Assembly (NCBI GenBank): GCA_958295675.1
Contig: OY282360.1
Span: forward strand, 261,466-325,465
DNA length: 64,000 bases
Direction of reading: 5' to 3'
Source: Minisyncoccota bacterium
GTDB taxonomy: Bacteria; Patescibacteriota; Minisyncoccia; Phycocordibacterales; JABAAK01
Below, in pieces: positions 18,182 to 29,200 of this stretch. The notes beneath the pieces are model-generated. The model did not search any database, was not told where the DNA came from, and worked only from the letters and a program-made list of their open reading frames with translations. The stretch's first letter is position 1. Every line of letters starts with the position of its first letter. The position numbers and the translations under genes are program-made.

Positions 18182-21100
18182 ATGTATATAACTAAAAAAT
18201 TCTTTCTCACACGATGTATCGCACTGTGGGTGATACTCGCGCTGATGGTAACACTCATTCCGACCGCTCCGTATGCGGTCGGTCAGGAAGAAAAGAAACC
18301 TGATGGGGGGGGTACGACAGATACACCGCAGGAAACACCGAATCAACAGCAGGCAGAAGCGCCACCGGAGCGTGTGTCGGACGATGATGAAGAGCAGGAA
18401 GAACCTGCAGAGCAAGAGGAGAGTGAGGAAGAGGAAACACCGGCACCAACGCTCAGCAATCTCACGGTCTCGGACACCAATCTTAACGAGCCGTTTGACG
18501 CGGAGACAACTGCCTACACCGCCGATGTGGCGCATACTAGTGAAACAGTAACAATCAGCGCGACACCGACGGACGACACCATGACCGTCACCTACGATCC
18601 GACCGATGCCGACACGGAAGAAGAAGGACAGCAGGTCAATCTAACAGAAGGAGAGAACACCGTAACGATAACAGTAACAGCAGAGGACGGGGTAACGGTG
18701 CAGACCTACACCCTAACGATCACCAGAGCGGCGGAAGAGCCGAGTGAACCCGAGGATAGTGAAGAAGAGGAAGAAGAATCTGTAGGGGGAGAAAATGAGG
18801 AAACAGAGGAAGAGGAAGAAACACCGGAACCGACTGCAGAACCGGCACCGGAACAACCGCAGCCACAAGCACAACAGCAACAGCAGGTACAACTTCCTGA
18901 TGATGACGACACCGCGGGCACGCAGGCATACACAGCACCGACAGGCGCGCTGACCCTTGACCTGAAAACCGACAGTGACAGCGGATCAAGTACCACGGAC
19001 GACATCACCAAAAACACCTCACTCACCTTCACTGTTTCAAGCGGTGCGAATTTTGGCGGTACGGATAGTAGCAATGCCAGTACAGTGGGTATGATTTATA
19101 AAAATGAAGGTTGCAGCAGCGGGACAGCGATACCGGCAGATGGCACGAATTGGGGACATTCGAGCAACAATAATGGTTTCCATAATGATTTGCCCGTTGC
19201 ATGGAGAAACAGCGCGACGAAAGAATCTACAGGTACCCCGGCAACAAGTTTTGATGTAACATTTGATATAGCAGGGAAGCCGTGGGGATCTTCCAGTCTC
19301 ACAGTGCCAACGGTTACGGACGGCGTGAAATGCTTCATCGCCGCGTTTTTTGCCGGCGATACCGCAACTGTGTCCAGCAGTAACACCAGTGCCGGTCTTG
19401 AGGTAACCATAGACACAACGGCGACTACCCCGTCACTCAGCATATCCTCCGGTGCCGGCTCCGAGGCACCAGTCGTCGCCATTACCAACCTTGAGAGTAA
19501 CGGCAAGGTGCGTCTCTACACCGATAGCGACTGCAGCGCAAGCAACGCGCTCGGCAGCGACGACACCTCGGTGGGAGCGTCAACGACCACCGCGAGTATC
19601 ACCCTGAGCGGACGGTCTGCCAGTGATACTTTTTACGCGAAGCACACCGATGTCGCGGGCAACACGGCCTGCAGCAGCAGCGGGGTATCAAATGTTTCCG
19701 TGCTGACACTTGATCTCACTTCCGACACCGGCGACACCACCGACGACCGCACCTCCGACACCACACCCGCGTTCACGGTGACGGGAGAAACCGCGTATGG
19801 CGGCTCCGCGAGCAACGAAGTACGCCTCTACCACAAGAACACCGCCTGCGGCATCCTCCCGACCGACATCACGACCACCACCGGTCTCACTGACTGGACA
19901 CTTTACAAAACAACCGATGTCTCCGCCTCCCCCGCCGTTACCACCACAACTGGCATCACCTCCGACACCGCGCTGACCACCACCGACGAACACTGCTTCC
20001 TCGCTGTCTACTCATCCGACGGCTCGGCGATAACCCGATACGGACAGTTGGATGTCGTTATAGACACCACCGCACCGACAATCATCCCCCGTGTCGCGCC
20101 GTCCTATCCGTCAGGCACACCGACCAAGTTCTCGCACGCCGGTGATGTCGCGGTGACATTGGATAATCGTGACTTCTTCGGCTCCGCCACCGCTCTCTCA
20201 GCGGACGGCACGCTGATGGCGGTGGGGGTACTGAGCGACGATGACGGCGGCAGCGACAGAGGCGCGGTGCACCTCTTTGAAAAAACAGATGCCACATGGA
20301 CGAAAACCCTGAAAATCTCCGACAACAACGGCGGCACAGAACTTTTGGATATCAATTTGGATAACAGTGACGCTTTCGGCACCACCGTCTCCCTCTCAGC
20401 GGACGGCACCCTGCTGGCGGTGGGGGCAGATAGTGACGACGACGGCGGCGGCGGCAACAAAGGCGCGGTCTATCTCTTTGAAAAAACAAGCACCGGGTGG
20501 GCGAAGACCTTGAAGATCTCTGACAATGCCAACACTGCAGGACTCTTGGATATCAATTTGGATACCGGTGACCGGTTCGGCAGCGCCGCTGCTCTCTCGG
20601 CAGACGGCACCGCACTGGCAGTGGGGGCGATCTACGACGATGACGGCGGCAGAAATGCCGACCGAGGCGCGGTCTATCTCTTTGAAAAAACAAGCACCGG
20701 GTGGGCGAAAACCCTAAAAATCTCTGACAACGACGGCGGCACAGAACTTTTGGATATCAATTTGGATGATGATGACGACTTTGGCATATCGGTTGCGCTC
20801 TCCGCGGACGGCACCGCACTTGCCGTCGGTGCGAAGTCAGACGATGACGGTGAAGCCGTCATAATCAGAAGAGGAAGAGGAAGAACAATATATGATACCG
20901 ATACCGACCGAGGCGCGGTCTATCTCTTTGAGAAATCAGACGGTACCTGGGCGAAGACCCTGAAAATCTCCGACAACGACGGCGGGAGTGCGGGACTCTT
21001 GGATATCAATTTGGACGTCGGTGATCTCTTCGGCAACGCCGTCTCCCTTGTGGCGGATGGCACCCTGCTGGCGGTGGGGGCACAGGACGACGATGATAAC

Positions 21101-22270
21101 GGCAGAGGCAAAGGCGCGGTCTACCTCTTTCAAAAATCAGACACCGCATGGGCGAAGACCCTGAAAATCTCCGACAACAACGGCGGAAGTGCGGGACTCT
21201 TGGACATCAATTTGACCACTATTGACCGGTTCGGCTCCGGCGTCTCCCTTGCCGCGGACGGTACCGCACTGGCGGTGGGTGCGAGAAATGATAGCAGTAC
21301 CAAAGGCGCGGTCTACGCGTTCAGCGTATCTCCGAAACTGACCGTTTCCGCGACTGTCACCGCCGTTGACACTGAGGACAGCAGCACGATGAAATATATG
21401 AAAACCACCGGCACCGCCTGCACAGCGACACAGTTCGCGGGCGGCACGGGAACACCGTATACCGAAGGAGACGAGATTACCGTCGCCACTGAAGCGGACA
21501 ACAACAAACACTTCTGCTTCAAGTCGGAAGACGGAGCAGGGAATAGCAGTTACGGTATCTCCGCCGTCCTGAACATAGACACCACCGCCCCCGTGCTCAC
21601 CCCGATTAGAACGGGTACCGACAACACCGCCACCTACATAGTCACCGCCGCCGACAACTCACCCCTCACCGGTGTAACAAAAGACAATGTCGCCTTGGCC
21701 GACTGTACCGACACGACCACGACCGACAACACCTGGACGAGTTACACCCCCGGAGACGACATCGGCACCGCGGACGACACCAACGGCAGGTGTGTCATCA
21801 TCACGGATGCGGCAGGCAACAGCAAAGCCCAGCACCTCTTAGACAGCGACAACACGATTCGAGCTGACTTCACCCTGGACATCACCGGCAACGGCACGGC
21901 AAACTACTTAGATGCCATTGTCCACTACTACTATGCGCAGAACCCGATCGATCAGTCAGCGGGCGGTGCCGTCATGGCGAATTTCATCAATGCGAACGAC
22001 TCGCCGACGAACACAGAGAACCAGACCGACACGGCAGCTATCTACACAACGATGCAGGATTCCGCCACAACGCGTGACTTCACCGGCAACGGCACCACCA
22101 ACTACTTGGACGCCATTGTCCACTACTACTATGCGCAGAACCCGATCGATCAGTCAGCGGGCGGCGCGGTCATGGCGAATTTCATCAATGCGAACGACTC
22201 ACCGACGAACACAGAAAACCAGACCAACACGGCGGCTATCTACACGCTGCTTCAGAATTTTGATCTGTGA
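18182..22270 (+). CDS. Giant secreted surface protein G2 (about 1362 aa): signal peptide, acidic stalk with 1 cadherin-like domain, Ig-like domains, one FG-GAP propeller module, C-terminal tandem dockerin-like modules
   Basis: I place the start at the second Met 'MYITKKFFLTRCIALWVILALMVTLIPTAPYAVGQ', which matches the other paralogs (the ORF track starts at 18158). The internal module at 19690-21550 is homologous to the G1 modules. Confidence 0.8.
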   Translation: MYITKKFFLTRCIALWVILALMVTLIPTAPYAVGQEEKKPDGGGTTDTPQETPNQQQAEAPPERVSDDDEEQEEPAEQEESEEEETPAPTLSNLTVSDTNLNEPFDAETTAYTADVAHTSETVTISATPTDDTMTVTYDPTDADTEEEGQQVNLTEGENTVTITVTAEDGVTVQTYTLTITRAAEEPSEPEDSEEEEEESVGGENEETEEEEETPEPTAEPAPEQPQPQAQQQQQVQLPDDDDTAGTQAYTAPTGALTLDLKTDSDSGSSTTDDITKNTSLTFTVSSGANFGGTDSSNASTVGMIYKNEGCSSGTAIPADGTNWGHSSNNNGFHNDLPVAWRNSATKESTGTPATSFDVTFDIAGKPWGSSSLTVPTVTDGVKCFIAAFFAGDTATVSSSNTSAGLEVTIDTTATTPSLSISSGAGSEAPVVAITNLESNGKVRLYTDSDCSASNALGSDDTSVGASTTTASITLSGRSASDTFYAKHTDVAGNTACSSSGVSNVSVLTLDLTSDTGDTTDDRTSDTTPAFTVTGETAYGGSASNEVRLYHKNTACGILPTDITTTTGLTDWTLYKTTDVSASPAVTTTTGITSDTALTTTDEHCFLAVYSSDGSAITRYGQLDVVIDTTAPTIIPRVAPSYPSGTPTKFSHAGDVAVTLDNRDFFGSATALSADGTLMAVGVLSDDDGGSDRGAVHLFEKTDATWTKTLKISDNNGGTELLDINLDNSDAFGTTVSLSADGTLLAVGADSDDDGGGGNKGAVYLFEKTSTGWAKTLKISDNANTAGLLDINLDTGDRFGSAAALSADGTALAVGAIYDDDGGRNADRGAVYLFEKTSTGWAKTLKISDNDGGTELLDINLDDDDDFGISVALSADGTALAVGAKSDDDGEAVIIRRGRGRTIYDTDTDRGAVYLFEKSDGTWAKTLKISDNDGGSAGLLDINLDVGDLFGNAVSLVADGTLLAVGAQDDDDNGRGKGAVYLFQKSDTAWAKTLKISDNNGGSAGLLDINLTTIDRFGSGVSLAADGTALAVGARNDSSTKGAVYAFSVSPKLTVSATVTAVDTEDSSTMKYMKTTGTACTATQFAGGTGTPYTEGDEITVATEADNNKHFCFKSEDGAGNSSYGISAVLNIDTTAPVLTPIRTGTDNTATYIVTAADNSPLTGVTKDNVALADCTDTTTTDNTWTSYTPGDDIGTADDTNGRCVIITDAAGNSKAQHLLDSDNTIRADFTLDITGNGTANYLDAIVHYYYAQNPIDQSAGGAVMANFINANDSPTNTENQTDTAAIYTTMQDSATTRDFTGNGTTNYLDAIVHYYYAQNPIDQSAGGAVMANFINANDSPTNTENQTNTAAIYTLLQNFDL
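20141..21330 (+). repeat. FG-GAP beta-propeller module of G2
   Basis: Blades 'FGxxxxLSADGTxLAVGAxxDDDG..(R/K)GAVYLFEKTSTGWAKTLKISDN'. Confidence 0.6.
21865..22267 (+). other. C-terminal tandem dockerin-like modules of G2
   Basis: 'DFTLDITGNGTANYLDAIVHYYYAQNPIDQSAGGAVMANFINANDSPTNTENQT' occurs twice and ends 'LLQNFDL*'. Confidence 0.5.
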
Positions 22271-22500
22271 GGAGATGCGAAACGGATGCACCGCGCCGCG
22301 GTAAATCAGAAGAACATTGAGCGGCTGTTGCAGAATGCTGATTGGGCTGTCTTTAACGACGATGATGTTGAGGACCGGACAAGCGACGAGGATAACCAAA
22401 GCGCAGTGAGTCCTGTCGGTGCCGAGGATCGTTGACATATACACATGATGTGTTGTTTGTACATACACACATGTTATTCTATTACCATACAATACATGAC

Positions 22501-22644
22501 ATGGAAGAGTATAGTATTTATCAGATGATAGTAGTTGGTGTGATAATAGGCGGGGCAATGGGTGTGGGCTTGCTTATCCGACGGATGAGAGCAAAAATGA
22601 TAAAAAAATTACTTACGCACTTGAGAAAGAATATACTGAGATAA
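22501..22644 (+). CDS. Small conserved single-TM protein (47 aa), copy 2
   Basis: 'MEEYSIYQMIVVGVIIGGAMGVGLLIRRMRAKMIKKLLTHLRKNILR'. The C-terminal half is nearly identical at nt level to copy 1. Confidence 0.4.
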   Translation: MEEYSIYQMIVVGVIIGGAMGVGLLIRRMRAKMIKKLLTHLRKNILR

Positions 22645-22678
22645 TTGAACAGGTGCGCAGTGTTAAGAAAAAAAAGCA

Positions 22679-22715
22679 GTATATACAACACATTTTAAAA
22701 ATATCCTTATATTAC
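22679..22715 (+). repeat. 37-bp perfect direct repeat, copy 1 (gtatatacaacacattttaaaaatatccttatattac)
   Basis: Exact second copy at 22766-22802 (87-bp period), immediately upstream of the truncated ComF-like ORF. Confidence 0.8.
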
Positions 22716-22765
22716 AGCGAAAATATACACTAGGATAAACCATGCAATGATAAGTAAAATAACCT

Positions 22766-22802
22766 GTATATACAACACATTTTAAAAATATCCTTATATT
22801 AC
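22766..22802 (+). repeat. 37-bp perfect direct repeat, copy 2
   Basis: Identical to 22679-22715. Confidence 0.8.
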
Positions 22803-22837
22803 TACCTTGATTTAGTTTATACTACTCACTACCAATT

Positions 22838-23110
22838 GTGACGGTGAGAAAAAAATATACAGATGTCGCGCGACAGCAAAAACATTTGAGCAACATTCGC
22901 GATCGTGTGCAGAATGCCAATGAGACATTTTTTCCGGATAAAACAGATAGACAGTACGACAGTATAGTACTGATTGATGATATGGTCGGCTCCGGTGCTT
23001 CGTTCAATCAGGTCGCGAAAAAACTTGTCAATCGGAACAGTGCGAAAGAAGTGTACGGCATCAGTATCGTCGGTGATCAAAATGGATTCAGTGCGGTGAA
23101 AAAAATATAG
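22838..23110 (+). pseudogene. ComF-family / type I phosphoribosyltransferase C-terminal fragment (90 codons, GTG-initiated, likely gene remnant)
   Basis: 'SIVLIDDMVGSGASFNQVAKKL...AKEVYGISIVG' matches the PRTase motif and ComFC C-terminus. It lacks the N-terminal zinc-finger/PRT half, and there is no ATG start. Confidence 0.45.
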
Positions 23111-23124
23111 CACCGTCTCGGGCA

Positions 23125-23200
23125 GTAAGATTGTCCACCTGTAATAAATAATGCGATAATATAACAAGTACACTGCCTATGTGTACAGCACAGGTATAGT
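23125..23200 (+). promoter_or_regulatory. Conserved promoter/5'-leader cassette upstream of G3: TTGTCC(23131-36)-N18-GATAAT(23155-60), leader hairpin GTACAC-tgcctat-GTGTAC (23168-23186), SD AGGT (23192-95)
   Basis: 'taagattgtccacctgtaataaataatgcgataatataacaagtacactgcctatgtgtacagcacaggtatagt' then ATG. Present in five copies. Confidence 0.5.
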
Positions 23201-26200
23201 ATGTATATACATAAAAAAATATTTCTCACACGATGTATCGCACTCTGGGTAATACTCGCGCTGATGGTAACACTCGTCCCAACCGCTCCGTATGCCGTCG
23301 GTCAGGAAGCAAAGAAACCTGATGGGGGGGGTACGACAGATACACCGCAGGAAGCACCGGAGCAACAGGCGGAAGCACCGCCGGAGCGTGTGTCGGACGG
23401 TGATGAAGAGCAGGAGGAGAGTGAGGAAGAGGAAACACCGGCACCAACACTCATCGGTCTCACGGTCTCAGGAACCGATCTTAACGAAACATTTGATTCT
23501 GCCGTAACAACCTACACCGCCGATGTGGCACATGACAGCGAAACAGTAACAATCAGCGCGACACCGATGGACGATACGGCAACTGTGGCATTTACTGATA
23601 CAACGGATGCCGACACGGAAGAAGACGGACACCAAGTCAATCTCACGGAAGGGGAAAATACGGTAACAATAACAGTAACAGCGCAGGACGGAGTAACTAC
23701 ACAAACTTACACCCTGACAGTGACCAGAGCTGCTGAAGAAGAACCTACAGAGGAAGAAGAACAAGAAGAGGCGGATGAAAACGAAGAGCAAGAGGATGAA
23801 GAAGAGACAGGAGAAGAAACACCGGCACCAACACTCAGCGGTCTCACGGTTTCGGATACCGATCTCAATGAACCGTTTGATGCGGAGACAACTGCATATA
23901 CCGCCGATGTGGCGCATGACAGCGAAACCGTCACAATCAGCGCGACATCAACAGACAACACCGCGACCGTCACCTACGATCCGACCGATGCCGACACGGA
24001 AGAAGAGGGACAGCAGGTCAATCTCACGGAAGGGGAAAACACGGTAACGATAACAGTGACGGCGGAAGACACAACACAAACCTATACACTCACCATCACC
24101 AGAGCTGCGGAAGAAGAACAAGAGGATGAAGAAGAGACAGGAGAAGAAACACCGGAGCCGACTACAGAACCGGCACTGGAACAACCACAAGCACAGCAGC
24201 AACAGCAGGTACAACTTCCCGACGATGACGATACCTCGGATACGCAGGGTGCTCCATCAGGTCCGTTGATACTGGTTTTAAAAACATCGTCCGATTCACA
24301 CCGCCACGGCACCATCACGACGGTAACGGCACTCCCCGGATCGCCGACAAGCGGCGCGGTGATTCGATTCACCGAGTCGGCGTCATCGCTGGCGAACACG
24401 GTAGACACTGACGGCAGCACCGCGAAAACAACCGCGGCGGCAAACGATATGTTCCGGTACAACGGCACCAAATGGGTCTTTATGGGAAACGGCGTCACCA
24501 CGGCGGGCATCAGTTCGGATGTTGACGGGATTACGAGCGACGACACGCCGACTTTTAATGTCAGTAATTCGGCGACATTCAATTCGAACGATGGGAGTTT
24601 AGAAGAAGCGTCGTTCCTGATGAAAAAAGATCAGGGGTGCGCGGGGCTGTCAAAACCGTCAGGGGATTATATTCCTATTACCCGTACGCAGAGGTGGTCG
24701 CATATATTCACAGAAAGATCTATGACTAATTCATATGACGCGCTCATTGGGACGCAGAATGCCGGGATGAAATGTCTCAGTGTGGGATGGGTAACACACG
24801 GGCAGAACACCAGTAACTGGAGTGAATTACTTGAGGTGACGATAGACACCGGGGCGACCACACCGACAGTCGCTATCACCTCCGGTGCCGGCACAGGCAA
24901 CCCGACGGTGCGGGTGAGCGGTCTTGAATCGGGTGGTGCGGTGGCGCAGCTGTTTAGTGACTCGGGGTGCGGCACGGCAATCAGTGGTGTGTCATCACGC
25001 ACCGGCGCGTCTGAGACCTCCAAAGACCTGACCACAACCACAATCGTCGCCGCGGGTGCGAGCATCTACGCGAAGCAGACGGATGTGGCAGGCAATGGTT
25101 CCGCGTGCAGCGACGCGGTGCTCAACGCGGTGCCATCCGCCGCGGTGAGCGGTATTGATTTAAAAACAGGCAGCGACACCGGCACACAGGACGATAGCAT
25201 CACCAGCGATACCACAGCACCGGCACTAGGGTTCACACAGGTGTCAGGCGCGACCATTACCGTCCGCTACCGCAAGGTGGGAGGGTCGTGGACAACGATA
25301 CAATCAGGAAGTATCACGGCAACAGGAGCTGCGGGTACGATAACCTTACCGAATCTCACGGCGGGTGACGGGACATACGAGGTGGAGATAACGCAGGATG
25401 ATGACGGCAACGGCGCGAGGAGTCCGACAGCGGCGACCTACATATTCACGCTGGATACCACCGCGCCGACCGTTATCGTGAGCAGCACGCCGGCACTGCC
25501 GTCAGGCACTCCGACGAAGTTCTCGCAAACCGGCGGGGTCACAATCACATTGGAGAACGAGGACAAATTCGGCACCGCTACCTCTCTCTCGGCGGACGGC
25601 ATGCTGATGGCGGTGGGGGTACCAAATGACGATGACAAGGCAGGCGACAGTAGCGGCAACGACAGGGGCGCGGTGTATCTCTTTCAAAAATCAGGTGCCA
25701 CCTGGCAGAAGATACACAAGTTCTCCGACCACACCGGCAGCGGAGTGACCGGAACCCGGTTCACCACGGCAGTGACGGATGTTAATCTGAGCAACAGTGA
25801 CCATTTCGGCTCCGGTGTCTCGCTCTCCGCGGACGGCACGCTGCTGGCGGTTGGTGCGAGAGGTGATGGCACGGGTGCGGTCTACCTTTTTAAAAAATCA
25901 AGCACCACATGGCAAAAAATACACAAGTTCTCAAATCACACTACAAGCACGGAACCGGCGGTTCGTTTCACGGCGGCGATAACGGATGTTGATATAGGGG
26001 GTAGTGGCTGGTTTGGCACCGCAGTCTCCCTCTCGGCGAGCGGTGAAGTGCTGGCGGTTGGCGCGCGCGATGACGGCTCCTCTTCTAGAGGTGCGGTCTA
26101 CCTCTTTGAAAAAACAGACGGCAGCTGGTCGCAATCACTGAAAATATCCGATAACAATGGCGGGGCGGGATTGTTGGATATCACCCTGGATGCCCGTGAC

Positions 26201-29200
26201 TACTTCGGCTCCGACGTCTCGCTCTCAGCGGACGGCGCGCTGCTGGCGGTGGGGGCAGATGGTGACGATGACGGCTCCTCTTCCAGAGGTGCGGTCTACC
26301 TTTTTGAAAAAGCGAGCGGCTCGTGGACGAAGACCCTGAAGATTTCCCAAAACGGCGGAGGGAACTCAGGGTTATTGCATATCAATCTGGACGGCTCTGA
26401 CTATTTTGGCTCCGCGGTCTCGCTTGCCGGTACGGCACTTGCGGCGAGTGCGTACAGCGACGATGACGGCGGCACCGACCGAGGCGCAATCTATCTCTTT
26501 CAAAAAACAGACGGTTCCTGGACAAAGACCCTGAAAATCTCCGACAACGGCGGCAGCGGTACCGGATTGTTGGATATCAATTTGGACAACGATGATCGCT
26601 TCGGCTCCGCGGTCGCCCTCTCCGCGGACGGCACGGTGCTGGCAGCGGGCGCGCCCGATGACGATGATGGCGGCAGCAACAGCGGCGCGGTGTACCTGTA
26701 CGGTGTCTCACCTCCGACGATCGCCTCCGCCTCAACGGTCACCGCATTTGACAGCGAGGGCAGCAGCGCGATGAAGTGGGTGAAAATCAGCGACACCACC
26801 TGCACAGCGACACAGTTCACGGGCGATGCAGGGACGGTATATACCGAGGGGAGCGCGATTGTCGTCACTGATACCGCTGATAACGGGAAGCGGTTCTGCT
26901 TCCGCGTGCAGGATGCGGCGGGGAATATCGGCTTCGGCATCTCACCCGCTGTTACCGTAAACCCCCCGGTGGCACCGCCAACAAGTGCGTTTACAACACT
27001 GAAGATTAAGTCGGATGCAGCGAACGATACCGGTTCGTCACAGGACGATAATATAACAAAAAATACATCCCCGACATTTGTCGTTGGACACACGACCGAA
27101 TTCGGCGCACCGACCGGTCAAACGAAAGCTGGTATTCAGATAGGGTGGAAAAGCGGTACATGTCCCGCGGCAGTGCCGACGCAGACCACCGCGCAGTCCA
27201 TATATTCAGCCGGAACCGGATGGAATTACTATGGAACGGGGTTGCTGAGTGTGGGAGCCAAACAAACAAGTGTAGAGGTGGGAAGGCTTGCTGGCCAGAG
27301 CGTCTTAAGTGCCGGAACTATATGTATCCTCGCGTACTATAACCCGAACACCATCAACACAGGATCTACAGTGGTAACAGCATCGTATACAATGGGGGAA
27401 ATCACTATAGACACCACGAAGCCGGTGCTGACTGTCTTCAGGATATGGCACGGCAACGCGAACACGGTTACCTTCAGAATCAACGCCACGGACGATGCAC
27501 TGCCGATCACCGGCAGGACGAAAGATAATGTCACTTCGGCGAACTGCACCGACAGCACGGACACGACCGGCGGGGGCTGGACGGACTACACACCGGGAAC
27601 GGAAACCGGCACGGCGCATGACACCAACGGGAGGTGTGTCATCATCACGGACGCGACGGGCAACAGCAAAAAACAGCACCTGTCGGACTTTACGGCCTTC
27701 ACCCCCATACCGAAAACCCCCGTCGGACTCATCGACACCTGGACAGCGACGGGGGTCACTCTGAACTGGACTGATCCGAGTGACAGTGTGGTCACCGGCT
27801 ACCAATGGCAGCAGTGTGACGGCACGGGTGCGAACTGCGGCTCATGGACGAATATATCAGGAAGCAACGCGACGACGGTATCCTATGCGTTCACTGGTCT
27901 CACGGCGAACACGGGGTACACGATGAAACTGCGGGCGACCTACGCGACCGGCAACAGTATCGCCGTCTCGGCGGTCGGCATGACGGGGACGGTGTACGAC
28001 ACTGACGGTGACGGTCTCATTGATATCAATACTATTCAAAAACTCAACGCCATCCGGTATGACCTCAACGGAGACGGGGCCCCGAAGGCAGGACAGGAAA
28101 GCAACTACACCGCGGCGTTTCCGAACGCGGCGACCCACCTCGGCTGTCCGGGACCCTGTACCGGCTATGAGTTGACGGCGGATTTGGATCTCAACGATGA
28201 GACCGCCGGCATAAGAACCGACGACACCTACTACAACAGCGGTGCGGGGTGGGAGCCGATCGGCGCGGACAGTGCCAACAACCGCTTCACCGCTATTTTC
28301 AACGGCAGAGGGTTTGTCATTGACAATCTCTTTATCAATCGGGGAAGTACCGGCACCCAGGCATTATTCGCCGCGACGGAAACCGGCGCGAAGATCACCG
28401 CGGTCGGTCTGCGCGATGTCAGTGTCACCGGTGCCAACGGCTCGGCGGCTTTGGTCGGCGCGAGCAAGACAGGCACCGTCATCAACACGAGTTTCTCCAC
28501 GGGTACCGTTGCGGGCGCATGGGGTACCGGTGGGTTAGTGGGACACAACGAAGGCACGGTAGAGGCGAGTTACAGTGCAGCCACCGTATCCGGCACAATC
28601 TCCGTCGGCGGCTTAGTCGGCAACAGCCAGAACAGCGGCGCGAGTATTAAAAACAGTTACGCCTACGGTGCGGTGACGCAGAGCGGCAGTCAGCACCTCG
28701 GCGGCTTGGTCGGACACAGTCACACCAATGCGACGATAACAGACAGTTACTGGGATACCACGGTCACCGCAGCCGCGGGCACCACCACAACCGGCGCCAC
28801 CGGCAAGACCACGACACAGCTCCAGACACCCGTTGACTATACCGGTATCTACGCGACCTGGGATGACAGTGATGTCGGAGGTACCAGCGCGAATGACACG
28901 CCGTGGAACTTCGGCGAGAGTGGCCAGTATCCGGCATTGTCCTTCGGAGGACACCGAACGGCAACGCAATGGTCTGCCGAGGCAAACCTCACCGCCTTGA
29001 CGGTGTCGGTGGGTACGCTGAGTCCGTCCTTCACCGAGTCCCTCACCGCGTACACCATGGAAGTATCGCCGACAACCGCATCACTCACGGTCACCCCGAC
29101 ACTGCACACGGCGACCTCGTCCGTCACGGTGAACGGCAACACAGTCACCTCGGGCAGTCCGTCAGCGGCAATCGCGCTCACCGCGGGTGCGGTCACTGAC

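Noticed and set aside
22268-22427. Stop-codon readthrough or alternative genetic code (UGA=Gly, code 25) suggested by in-frame coding-like sequence after the G2 TGA.
   Set aside because: The paralogs end at the same position with TAA (G3) or TAG (G4). Kilobase-long ORFs here contain no internal TGA, so TGA is a genuine stop. The downstream similarity is a decayed relic, not translated sequence.
22679-22802. Possible CRISPR array (37-bp direct repeats), or the 3 x 40-bp repeats at 54611-54726 as a CRISPR.
   Set aside because: There are only two and three units, no unique spacers of typical size (the 40-bp units are contiguous), and no cas genes in the window.
24170-24250. 'QLPDDDT' as an LPXTG sortase signal, or a DGR variable region within the repeats.
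   Set aside because: It is not LPXTG and is not followed by a TM helix plus basic tail. No reverse transcriptase or template-repeat pair is present, and the repeat differences are not adenine-specific.
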